A DNA stretch of 64,000 bases from Azolla caroliniana (taxonomy: Eukaryota > Plantae > Polypodiophyta), in assembly GCA_043228905.1 (NCBI GenBank), contig JBHGNT010000005.1, positions 18,290,001 through 18,354,000 of the forward strand, written 5' to 3'. The notes beneath the pieces were generated by a model. It saw nothing but the letters and a program-made list of their open reading frames with translations, did not search any database and had not been told where the DNA came from. The position numbers and the translations under genes are program-made. Position 1 is the stretch's first letter, and the number at the start of each line of letters is the position of its first letter. Shown piece after piece: positions 12,365-24,168 of this stretch.

Positions 12365-13595
12365 AGAGAGAAAGATCAAGTGCCAATGTTTGGATGGCGG
12401 AAAAGTATTATTTTCCGTCGAGTTCAACAGTTATTTGCAGCAGAAAGGAATTCAGATGGAATTCAGTTGCTGATACAGACCGGAACAAAACGGTTTGGCC
12501 AAAAGAAAGAATCGGTCTATCGTCGAGGCGCCACAGGCAATACTGGAAGAGAAGTGCATGCCCAAGTTTTACTGGATCGAAGCGGTAAGGATGACCGTTT
12601 ACATCCAAAACCGGATTGGGGATAAGGTGTCAACACATGAGCTATAGTTCGGGCGGAAGCCGAATTTAAGGCACCTTAAGATATTGGGTAGCACTACTTA
12701 TGTGCATGTACCGGATGAGAAGCAGAGGAAACTGGACCTAGAGTCGAAGAAGTGCATATTGGTACAAGTGCTACAACCCCCAAACAATGATAGTCCGAGT
12801 AAGCCGAGATGTTGAGTTTGACGAGTCGGCATCATGGTACACTCTACCAACTCTGACCACCGACTCCGACCCGATTCCGGAAGATGTGGCTAGTGAGTCC
12901 AAAATGATCCGGGAAGAAGAAGAAGAAGGATTCGATAATTTAGATGAGTGTCCGATCTCATTCCGGTTGACTGGGCCGAATGAACAAGATGAGGAGCCAG
13001 TTAGCAGCGAAGACTCGGTCATGCTCTCTCCGCGTAAGGAACCATGGAGACGGTTCACACGCAAAGAGAAGGGGAAGAAGTGTTACTCCTTAGGGCCGGA
13101 CAATAGGCTAACACATGGTGTCTACAGAAGACACTTCACCAAAGGGTGTTACAGTGGAACAGAGTTAGACCGACGATTAATCAGACCTTAATCGTTTACT
13201 TAATCAACAGATCCTTAATCTTAATACACGCGTAAGATAGAAAGTAATTAGCACAGAACGGTAATCAATACACAGAGATAAGGAAATAGAGATTTATTAA
13301 TTATCCATTGTCATTTACAATGTAATTGGGCCTTTTTATAGATCACCGGCTCTACCTACAAAACGGTGCCAACCGGCACCCTAATATGAACCGGTTCGGA
13401 TCCGGATCGGCATACCGATTCCAGTCCGTCCGTTCATTTCTCTATAATCTACTTAATTACTTAATATCCTAATAACAACCTCTGATTATTTCTACCCTTC
13501 TATATTATGGACTGTCCTTCACTCCTTGCCGGTTGGTTAACACATGGCACGCCCGTGGGACAGTACCTTGTACGTCGAATCCCACTATTCGGCCT

Positions 13596-16500
13596 TCAAT
13601 CCTCGTCTAAAATGTCTAGAATGCTCTGATTGAGGGGTTCTAAGGGTTCTTCGGAAGGCTGATTAGACTACGGTTGCTGCTCCTACTGTTGCTGCTCCCT
13701 TGTGGCTGCTCTGTTGGCTATTGATGTGGTTCTTGCCGCTGCGCGGTCTCTGGCTCTTTTGGGCGTTGCTCCGCTAATGACGGTGCCGGTGGTTGTTGCA
13801 GCGCTTCCTCCCTTGGCTGCTCCTCCTAAGATACATCTGGTTGGCTTGTCCCGGCCTTGGCTCTATCCGTCCCTTGGTCCGACGATGGCTCTTCATCACT
13901 GAGATTGATTGTTGCCATGCTCTTCGTTGCCTCTTGCTGTAGCCTCTCCTTTTCATAACTTTCAAACTGGATTTGGTTATCCAGCCGATCATCATCCAGT
14001 TGTGTGACTAGTTGCCAGACCACCATTATCTGTTCATCAGCAACCGCTATGAAGTCCTCCGCCAATTCGTCTTTCACGGCAGCAAAGTCTTCCTTTTCCA
14101 GTTTATAGAACTCATCGCCTTCTTTCTGCCGGTTTTCTGCGTCTGCCCTCAGCAATTGTAACTTGGTAGCGTGCTTCGCCCATTTTGACCACCATACTAT
14201 AGAGCTATCTTCAATCGGTTAACCACTTCGTTCGATTCTTCCATGCATGTACAATGCACCGGATCCGCTCCAGCCCCATCTTTGATTTATCTTCAACGGC
14301 CTGCCGGTCATCTTTCAACTGTTTAATCAGGTTCACTGTTACCACCTCCTGGTCCTTGTAGTGCACCAGTTGATTCTGATACATTGTCTGCACTCTTTGT
14401 AAGACCATGGTAGCGCGTTCCGTTTCCCCCTGATGTTGCATCTGGAGTTCCATGCATTCCTTCGCCGCTTTAGCTTGTATGGTTTCCTTCTTAGCCCGTT
14501 CTTCTGCTAGTGCCATCTCTGCTTGTTGCACTTCATTCCGGAGCTCGAACATCTTCTCCTGCTGCCGGTCACTATCGGTGATGAGCTTTTTGTATTCCGA
14601 CTCAACATGTTTATAATCTCGATGCAGGCGGTCAAACTCTTCTGATTTCTACTTCAGCTTCTGATTGATCTGGCGGCGAGCTCGGTCTTCCCTATCCTTT
14701 TGCTGCCGAAGCTCTTCTTTGAGTCTCTCGATTTCCATTTTTGCCATCCTTCGGAGTTTAACCTTCTCTTGCAACACTTTTTCCTTCTCTTCCTTAAACC
14801 GGTCGTAGGCTTGGTTTCCCTTCCGCAGATTGTCTTCTGCTCGTCGGAGATTGTCAGCAGTCTTCCGTTGTTCCTCCTCCACCACCATTCTTAATTCTCT
14901 TTCCCTGGCCCGTAATGCTTCCTGTGCGGCCAGGTCTTCTTTGAGAATGGCAAGTTCTTGCGCTTGCATTGTAATTATATCTGGGTTTGTTCCCAGCACC
15001 GGGGTTGTATTATTATGTATAGTTGCCGGTGTTTCCTTATTCTCTGCATGTACCAGAGCCACTGGTTCCTGCTCTTGGGGTCCTGTGATGACCTTCTTAG
15101 CCAATTCTTCCTTGGCTATTTCCACTTCTTGTTCCAAGCTCCGGATCCTTGACCGGGCCTTCTCTAGTTCTCCGGTTGTGGCTAGCAACCGGTCCACTTG
15201 TGCTTTCTCCTCTACCTCCATATAATGGACCACCCTGGCTATTTGCTCACCGATCCACCGCAGCCATTGGCTGCCGGTGCCTTGTGGTTGTGTCGACGCG
15301 GAGGGTTGGCCAATTTCTGTGCTTGCTAGTGTCCGATCTGGTTTGATTGCCAAGTCTGGCTCTGGTTGGGTACCACATGGCAGCACCGGCTCTGGTTGTG
15401 CATGTGTCGGTCGTTCTAGCTTTAGTTGGTCCTGCTGTGCCGATGAGGTAGGCAACTGAATCACCGGCTCCTGAATCACGGGTCTTGTCATGCTCTAACC
15501 CTCGACAGGGACTGTGGCACAGGGACTTCTGTCATTGGTTCTGCTTGAACCGGTTCCGCTTCCACCCTTGGTTGTGGGCCCTCAGTGCGGGGCATCGACG
15601 TCCTATCTTTTTCTGGACCCGATTGCTTGCCGGAATGGTCGGTAGTGCTCTTCTTCTGGCGCCGCTGGAGGTGCTCGCTGGGCTCCTCCGCCATTTCCTC
15701 CTCCTGAGTCCCAAGATTGATTTTCAAGGCCAAGGGATCTGGCTCGTGTTGACCCGGTCAGCGAAATGTAATTTTTATTGGCCGTGCCGGTGTTGCCTCC
15801 TGCGTCTCCACCTGGCTAGGCCGCTCGTTCGCCGTTTCCTCAGTCTTGGCCTCTTTCCCCTTGGTTGCCTTAGCAGCTAATAGCTGCTGCTGTTTTGAAG
15901 CCGTTTTGGGGGTTCCTTCGGCTGTTCGTCCCCGCTTCTTTGCCGTGTTGCGCTCCACTAGTGGTGCTAACAGTGTGAGCCATTGTACCATCGCCGACCA
16001 TATTTTTCTTCCATCCTTCCCTCTTATCGAGTCGATGGCCGCGCGTAGTCCGTCGGCGATCAGCACCGACTAGTCCACCTGTATGCCTTCATATGTGGCG
16101 ATAATTAACCCGGCTCTGTTCCTAGGCATTGTTGGGGGTCGAGGGTACACATGGCCATACTCGTGCAGTACACGAGCAATCTCTCGAAATAAGCCATCCT
16201 TACCGCCTTGTGTGCGATATGCCTTGCTGGCCAGAGAATACTCATCGAAGTATTTCGTGAGCTGCTCCGGGGTAGGGTTGTCGATGGTGAAGATGCCACC
16301 CTCAGGTAGGCCCGTGAGGGCACGGATGGCCTCCTCTGTGATTACTTCTGTGTCGATGGCTTTGACAACCCTTTCCGCCTCTTTGTGTGGTGGTGCCTCC
16401 ATGATCCTCAAGAATCCTTCCAAACTATGTTGCTTTAACCACTTCTTGCCTGCCTCCGAGAGTGTCATGCAGTCCATTTCTCCTTCTGAGTCGGTGGTTG

Positions 16501-16630
16501 CTAGTGAGGTAGGTGCGTTAGGGGGCTCTGGGTGCTCGCGTTTGATTATCTTCAATCAACTGTGTGCATTTGCGATTCTTTGTTCGCAAAATGAGAAGGC
16601 CTCCATGCGGTGTAGGTTTTCTTTCTACAT
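13596..16630 (-). pseudogene. Extra ~1000-aa sense ORF between integrase and 3' LTR of gypsy B1 (N-terminal globular part, low-complexity linker, long coiled coil); disrupted
   Basis: Fragments 16555-16070, 16066-15758, 15491-14649, 14552-14211 and 14155-13826 are colinear with 51933-55193; ends PLNQSILDILDED*. Confidence 0.8.
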
Positions 16631-17959
16631 GTTCGCACCTTTCTCAATTCTTGCGCATGCGAACGTCGTGTACTATAATGGCAATGAAGTGCCACGTGGC
16701 GGCGTTTTAATGCACTATAAATAGCCCACTACTAGTCTTTTCAAAGTGCCCGTTCACCCCTCCTTTTCATTGCATGTGGCCGTTCGCTCCTCGCCATTGC
16801 ATAGTTTGGGTTTGATTGGATTTGATTTGATTTATTTATTTTTTTAATTGATCTTGTTAATATGTATCTGGCGCAAACGGACCCTTCTCCGGATTGTGCC
16901 TGCCGATTGCATGACCGGTTGTCGTCTCGTCATGCTTATCGGTGTCCGGTGCGGTGTCAGCTTTTGTCTACTCAAACGGGTTTCTTGGCATGGGTCCATA
17001 GTATGGTTTGAGTCGAAACCCATTCACCCATTTACCCATAACTTCGCCGGCGAGTGTTCCTAGCTGGTAAGAACCGTTGAACTCCCGTGTAATCCAATAT
17101 GGTCCGGTCCACCGAAACCGTAGCTTCCTCGGCATCTTACCCATCTGGGTCTGGAATACAAGTACTAGCTTGCCGATCCTGAACCTTTTTTCGTTACCTT
17201 TCCGGTGTCGATCGACAAATGATTTCCTTCTCTGTTGCTCCAGTTCCATATGCATCAGGTTGGCGATCCGGTGTTCCTCCAGTTCGCATAGTGCTGCTAG
17301 CCGGATTGTTTCCGACTCCTTCTCGTTCAGGCGTTCCCTAACCTGTAACCGCAAGCTCGGAACCTGGAATTCGATTGGCATTACCGCTTCCAACCCGAAT
17401 GCCAATTGGAAAGGCGTTGTCTGGATACTTGTCTTATATGCTGTCCGGTAGGCCCAAAGTGCACTGTGCAACTTTGTATCCCAATCCGTCCGGTTCTCAT
17501 TGGCAATTTTCCGGAGGATGTTTTGTAGTGTCTTATTAGTGGATTCGGCTAATCCGTTGGCTTGCGGATAATATGGAGTGCTTCGCTTGTGCACCACTGC
17601 ATAGAATGTCGTCAAGCTCTCCACCACTTGTCCTAGGAAATGCCCTCCTTGGTCGCTGATTAGGTCAATCGGACATCCATACTGGCACCAGATATATTCA
17701 TATAAAAACTTTGCCGTGGATGCCGCGATGTTGTCACGTAGTGCTTTGGCCTCCACCCACTTGGTGCAGTAGTCCGTAGCGACAATTACGTATCAGTTGC
17801 CGGTTCTCATTGTTGGTGGTTTAAATGGGCTGACGAAGTCCAGCCGCCATTTCTGAAATGGTTCCAATGGCAGCACCGGCCGGTGAGGCATTCGTGCCTG
17901 TTCCGTTGGTTGGCCCATCCGTTGACACAAATCGCATTCTTTAGCATACCGGATGACGT

Positions 17960-18754
17960 TGTCGTAGTGTAGGTTGCACACTATGTGGAAATTATATTTT
18001 TGTCCCTCCGGATAGAGAATGGAGTGCTCGGTGAGAACCGGGAGGAAAACGGCATACCGACAAGGAGGAAAACGGCATACCGGCAAGGAAGAAAACGGAT
18101 AAAGAGACATAAATGTAAAAAAAAAAAAAAAAGGAAATACTCACTACTGCGCAAGGTGTGATTCAAACTCTACACCTCCACGTTGACAAACCCCAACCTT
18201 ACCATTACATTAATTTATCTTAAGTGTTTTAAATATAGATTTAATACGTATAAGACCTTTATTTATGCATACCTTTATTAAAAGGTAAATCGTGTATTTT
18301 TTTAATATATGAAAAAGAAAAAACACGAGACACTAAAAATAACTCATGCACATCTAGCGTGCATGAGCCCTATACTTAGGAAATAAAAAAGCATCACATG
18401 CACATTTAGTGGACATGAACACTTTTTGTAAAAAAAAAAAGCATGAAGCCATGCTTAGCTCTTCCTTCCTTATATAAGGAGGAGAGAAATATATAAAGGG
18501 TTGTTGATTATTTGGATTAAGTATTAATCAATACAAAAATTATTCGTGGGATTCACGATTTATACATCTACTTCTCTCTTAACACCCTAAGTACCAATTA
18601 ATATAGTATACTCGTGTGATTCACGAGTTTCTTATCTTTCTCTTCGCTATTTATTCATAATTAATCTCTATCTCACGAACTTCTTTCTCCTAGTCCAAGA
18701 CCTTTGTGGTTCCCACCCGACTCACGCAACGATTCGGAGCCGAAAGGCACGACA
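17960..18754 (+). mobile_element. Solo LTR (TGTCGT..ACGACA) inserted in the B1 integrase, 4-bp TSD ACGT
   Basis: Splits LWWPTTLKDV|IRYAKECD; ACGT at 17956-17959 and 18755-18758; TATATAA at ~18471. Confidence 0.85.
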
Positions 18755-21700
18755 ACGTCTTTTAATGTTGTTGGCCACCATAGGCCACTCTACCATATTT
18801 TCCTTGCCGTAGCGTCCCCACCATAATGCCCTCCGGCAACACCGCAGTGTGCTTCGCGCAGTATTTGGTCTTTTTCGTCGCTGCACACCGCACGCCGCCA
18901 TATGCCGTCCGCGCCTTTATGGTACAGTGTGTCTTGTAGTAGATAGAAGTGCCGGCTTTGTAATGCTAATCTTTTCCGCTCGTCTTTGTTCATCTCCTCT
19001 GGAGGTAACCCAGTGCTGAGGAATTGGTGCATGTTAGTGAGCCACTTGTCCTCCTCGGCGATCATACCATTTGTTGCCGTTTCGGCTGTGACCCTAAACA
19101 AGGCTGCATCCGGAAATTCGTTTGCGACCCCATCCCCGGTTTCTCCGTAGTCTAACTGGCTCAAATAATTTGCAACCACATGTTGTATAGCTGGCCGGTG
19201 AAATATCTCGAACTCAAATTCCTGTAATAATAATGTTCACCGGGCCAGCTTACCCGTGAGTGATGCTTTTGAGACCAAGTAAAGTAGCGCCGAATGATCT
19301 ACATGAAAGGAAAATTTCCTCCCCAACAGATAGTGTCGGAACTTGGTGACGTTATAGATCATGCCCAAGGCTTCTCTTTCCGTTGTAGAGTAATTCCGTT
19401 CTACCTGGGACAGATTACGACTGGCATAATACACGGAGCTACATTAATGCACTCCCTATTGCTATGTCGGACGTGTCTATGAATACGTGGAATTCGTTAG
19501 ACCAATCCGGAGGTTGCACCACCGGTGCTTGTGATAGTAGTACTTTTAATGCCCGGTAAGCCTTCTCTTCTGTGTCCGTCCATTGAAATGGTGTCCGGTG
19601 CACCGCAACATGCAATGGTGTGGCCAGGTCTACTAGATACCGGAGCATCCGGCTATGCCACCAGATTTGTCCTAGGAACCGACTCAATGCTTTTGTCGTG
19701 GTGGGTGCCGGTGCCTCCAAAATTGCTTTGACCTTGTCCGAGTCCACTGCAATACCATCCTTGCTAACGATGTGGCCTAGTAGGGAACCGCTTGACACAC
19801 CGAACACGCATTTTGCCAGGTTAAGGCTTAACCGGTAAGCCCTACATTTCTCAAGACATAGTCGGAGGTATTGGAGGTGTTCCCCTTCCTGGTTGTACAC
19901 AGCGAAATCGTCTAAGAAAACCTGCATGAATGCTGGAATAAATTCTTCGAAAATCTCCATGATTATTCGCTGAAAGGTTGCTGGCGCAGTTTTAAGTCCG
20001 AACATCATGACTACGGCGACAAATACTCCCCATTCAGTAACAACAACGGTTTTCTCCTGGTCATCGGGGTGCATCCGGATCTGATTGTAGCCGTTGAACC
20101 CGTCCAAGAAACTATAAACTTCGTGACTGGCTACTGCATTCCGAACTCCATCCGTAAAAGGGAGAGGGAAGGCGTCGGTTACCGTTGCCGCATTCAATTT
20201 CCGGTAGTTGACACATACCCGGATTTTTCCGTTCTTTTTCGGTACGACGACTATTGGGCTCAACCATGTCACCTTTTTGACCGGTCGGATGAAGCCTACT
20301 CGTAACAATTTGTCGATCTCGTCCTTTACTTTTGCTGCATAGTTAGGGTTCATCCGGTAGCGCCGTTGCGCCACCGGTTTGGCATCCTTACTCAGATGTA
20401 TCTGGTGTTGATACAACTGAGGATCTAGCCCCCGCATGTCCTCGTACGACCATGCGAACACGTCCCGAAACTCCTTTAATAAGGTGATCGTTGTCATCTT
20501 CCTTTCGGGAGTCATTTCTTTGGCGATGTGAACCGGTCTTGCGTCTTCTGCGGTGCCTAGGTTTACCTCTTCCAGCTGAGAGGCTTTGGCGCATTGAGAT
20601 ACTGCCAATTCCTTCTCCAAAGCTTCCTGCGCTTGCCGTAACTCTCTGATGGCTTCCTTATCCGGTTCTTCACCGGCGTCCTCCAATATTATGTATAGTG
20701 CCACTACTTCGGCGACATCCACTTCAAATAAGGGTACAATTTTCGGATTCTCCTATAAGTACTGATCGACCTCCTCATCAGCCAATCCCTCAAGCATGTT
20801 GACACATTCCGCATACAACAGTGTTAGGTCCTTGCTGGTACTTGCCCGTACTTTCGCTTTGCCGCGCTTGAAAGTGATTATGTTTTTCTGCCAGTTTTGC
20901 TTGATGTGCCCTGTTTTTAACCATGGCCGGCCCAGCAACAGTGGGTATGCTCCTTGTGCATTAAGCTGGAGGACTACTGCCGAAATGCGGAATGCGTGAC
21001 CTCCGATAGTCACTTCCAACTCTCGTATCAATCCGGTAGGTCTTACTGAACTTGTGTCCGCCATCCGGAGCCAAAACGGGCACGACTCCCAGTCCTAGAT
21101 TCCCAAGGTATTACAAGTTCGGAGGTTAATCACATTCACGCCGGATCCTCCGTCTATAATCGTTCCGAGTAGTTCTTGTCCCTTGACGATGGTTGTGATA
21201 GCCGGATTGCTCGTGTCGACTACTGTCGGTCCTTCCTCCGGGTTAGAAAAGAATGCCAGAGCCAGTGGCGTGCCGACCACAGTCATGCCCGTATTCAGTC
21301 CTTCCGTAAACCGAGGTACTAACTGCAATAGCCGACCTAATGGCAATGTGATTTTGCATTCTTGCAACGCCTACCATGTTGGGTTTTCCGCTTGGCTATT
21401 GCTAGTGGGCTCCTCTAGATTCTCCTTTTGTTGCTCCAGTTTTGCCACATTATGCTCGTTTGCCTTCTTTACCCATTCGGTGGCCTGCTTCCGGATGGCT
21501 TCTTGGGTTTCCCACTCTGTCACTTTTCCTTTTGCCCTCGTGGTTGTAACGCTCATTCCGTTCCCCATTATAGTCCCGATATCTATCATACCGGTCGCGG
21601 TCATAAGCGTTTCTTCGATCACCGTACCAGACATCTTGTGCCAGCTGATAACGCTCCTCTCACCACCAACGCTCTTCTTCCTCCTCCTGGTTGCTCTGTG

Positions 21701-23629
21701 GTTCGATTTTCCGGACCGGTGGTGCTTGCCGATTTAGCAAGTTATACTCGCACTGATCCATTGTGTGGTTTCTGGAATGGCAAAGCAGGCATTGAGAACG
21801 CATGGTGCACTCCAACGCCGAATGTCTGGCATTCAGGCAAGTTGTACATTGAACTGCTTGTCGAAAGAGGAGGTCTTCATCAGTCGGTAATGTTCGTTGG
21901 AGTGCCCCCATCGTTAGCCACGAGCTGGAGGTTTCCATTTCCCTGACTCGGTCTATGACCTGGTCGACGGAACTCATGCAGAAATCAATGATTGTGCACA
22001 CCGTTCGTAGGGGTTCCCGGAGTGTTGCTAGGAATATCGCCTTAGTCTCTTCCTCCGGTGGTGTCCAACTGAGCTGGCTGTGCATTCTCTAGAATCGGAT
22101 TACAAATTGTTGAATGTTCTCCGTGGGCTCCTGCTTGATGGTATAGAATAGGCCGATCATTTCCCGTTGATCCACTTCTTTGTGAAAAAAATGTAACAAT
22201 TTAGATTTCAAGGCCTCAAACGTCGTGATGGTACTGGGATCTTGCGTCAGGTGCCATCTAGCGGCGGGCCCCTCCAGGGTCATGCCAAACTCCGCCATCT
22301 TTGAGCGTTCTGCTTCGGCCACGATTAAGCGTTGTGACACATGATTCACTTCCCAGGTCTGCTGAAATGCATAGACGTGAGCCTCTGCGTCCAGATCATC
22401 CCGGTACTTGGGATATTGAAACGGCATGTTGTCATCCGGTGTTGGAACACGGGCTGGTGGTGTCGGAGGTCTCTCTTCCTCCTCCGTCGGAGGTCTCTCC
22501 GCCTCCTCTGTCAGAGGTCTTTCTTCCTCTATGGGAGGTCTTTCCGCCTCTGCTTCGATTGTTGGGGTTTGCTCAGTCCTTGGCCAATCTGTGGCATCCA
22601 GCTCTGTCAATTCTGGTTCCGGTGTCGGTGAGGTATCCGATTCCTCGTCCGCTGGTCCGTCTGGGGTGTCGTGACTGCTGTGGTAATTAGAATGAGCGCT
22701 ATATTCGCCGTCCGAGTCCGATTCAAAGGTCGAAAATGGTTCGGAATCGCCGTCTCCTTCAGCTAATGCTTGCAGCAGGGATTCCGTTTCCCGAAGACTA
22801 CTCAAGTTGCTTCCTTCATTGGGGTGGAAATCTTGTTGCAAACGGAGTGACTCCTCAGCCACTCGCCGGATCACTTTGGAAAATGATTGATCTGAACGAA
22901 TTTCTTCTGCCGCTCGCTGGAAGGCCTCTCGCTTCCACATCCACTCAACGAGTCTCCTTGTTCGATCCGTAACCGGCCCGCTCGCTGGTCTAGTCATCCA
23001 TTCCCGCCGCTGTTCGTTGCACTTATGCAGGAATCATGGTCGCCAAAAACTGTGTTACTCCTTAGGGCTAGACAATAGCCTAACACAGGGTGTCTACAGA
23101 AGACGCTTCACCAAAGGGTGTTACGGTGGAACAGAGTTAGACCAACAATTAATCAGACCTTAATCGTTTACTTAATCAACAGATCCTTAATCTTAATACA
23201 CGCGTAAGATAGAAAGTAATTAGCACAGAACGGTAATCAATACACAGAGATAAGGAAATAGAGCTTTATTAATTATCCGTAATCATTTACAATGTAACCG
23301 GGCCTTTTTATAGATCACTGGCTCTACCTACAAAACAGTACCAACCGGCACCCTAATATGAACCGGTCCGGATCCGGATAGGCATACCGATTCCGCTCCA
23401 TCCGTTCATTTCTCTAAAATCTACTTAATTACTTAATATCCTAATAACAACCTCCGATTATTTTTGCCCTTCTATATTCTGGACTGTCCTTCACTCCTTG
23501 CCGGCTAGCTAACAAGAAGAAGATGTCGGAGTATGACACCGACAGAGAAGAGTCGGATCGGAGCGAGACACCTTCCGGATATAATTGGAGCGAGTTGACT
23601 ACCACCGAGATGTTGAAGAAGTTGATGTA

Positions 23630-24168
23630 TAAGGAACCCAAACCCTAAAATCTCTTGAGTAAGAAGTATAATAGAGGCAAAACTCACAAACCTTACAATC
23701 CTAAGTCCTCTAATATGTTGAGGAGAAAAGAAGAAAAGTAGAAAGAAGCTCTCAAACCCTAACCCTAGAAGGAAAAGATGAAAGAGAAAGTGATAAGGAG
23801 AAAGGGAGGCTACAAAACCCTAACCCTAGAAGAAGAGGAGAAGATGAAACCCTAGTGGTACACCCCTAGAAGACAAAATGGGTGACCCCATACTAAGCCC
23901 TATTCCTCCCCTCTTATAGAGGAAAGAGGCGCCTATTTTAACATTACATGCTTCTTTGTTTTTTTCCCTTTATCACAAAAATAGAAGGGGAGCAAAATAC
24001 TCCTTGATTTGTAGCAAAAGAGACCCGAACTCTAAACTGCTCATATATATTTATAAGCCACTAAACTACTACAAGTTATTTATTATTATTATTTTCATTT
24101 ATATATGATTTCATAAGATGTGCATGGAAGCTTGCTTTTTCTCATAGTGCACACGCCACGCCACGACA
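23630..24168 (-). mobile_element. Truncated LTR of the TGTCG..CGACA gypsy lineage (U3 end at 24168)
   Basis: Ends CCACGACA; local similarity to the reverse complement of the 48709-49427 LTR (aaccctag..gtggta..ctcccctcttatag); left boundary approximate. Confidence 0.6.

Larger units (their letters stand above)
13081..23514 (-). mobile_element. Full-length non-chromoviral Ty3/gypsy element B1 (OTA/Phygy/Selgy-like): LTRs 13081-13542 and 23053-23514, TSD AGAAG
   Basis: Two similar 462-bp TG..CA LTRs; AGAAG at 13076-13080 and 23515-23519; PBS TGGCGACCA (likely tRNA-Arg) near 23037-23045; order gag (22997-21660), PR IIDGGSGVN, RT VFLDD (20722-19439), RNase H, INT (19179-16968). Confidence 0.93.
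7950..23630 (+). mobile_element. Decayed Ty1/copia element A: 5' LTR 7950-8539, gag-PR-INT remnants 8635-13080, interrupted by a gypsy element, resuming at 23520-23630 and then truncated
   Basis: TG..CA LTR; degenerate Met-PBS TGATATCAAAG at 8540; gag TEKLDKRNYASWSYKM; protease WCVDSGASNHM; LWHKRISHVN; HLDVWG..FIDDYSR; KGKK|KMSEY continues across the insertion. Confidence 0.85.

Noticed and set aside
13596-16630. Retroviral env gene or host myosin/SMC gene
   Set aside because: No signal peptide or transmembrane helix evident; intronless and confined within the LTRs of two related elements
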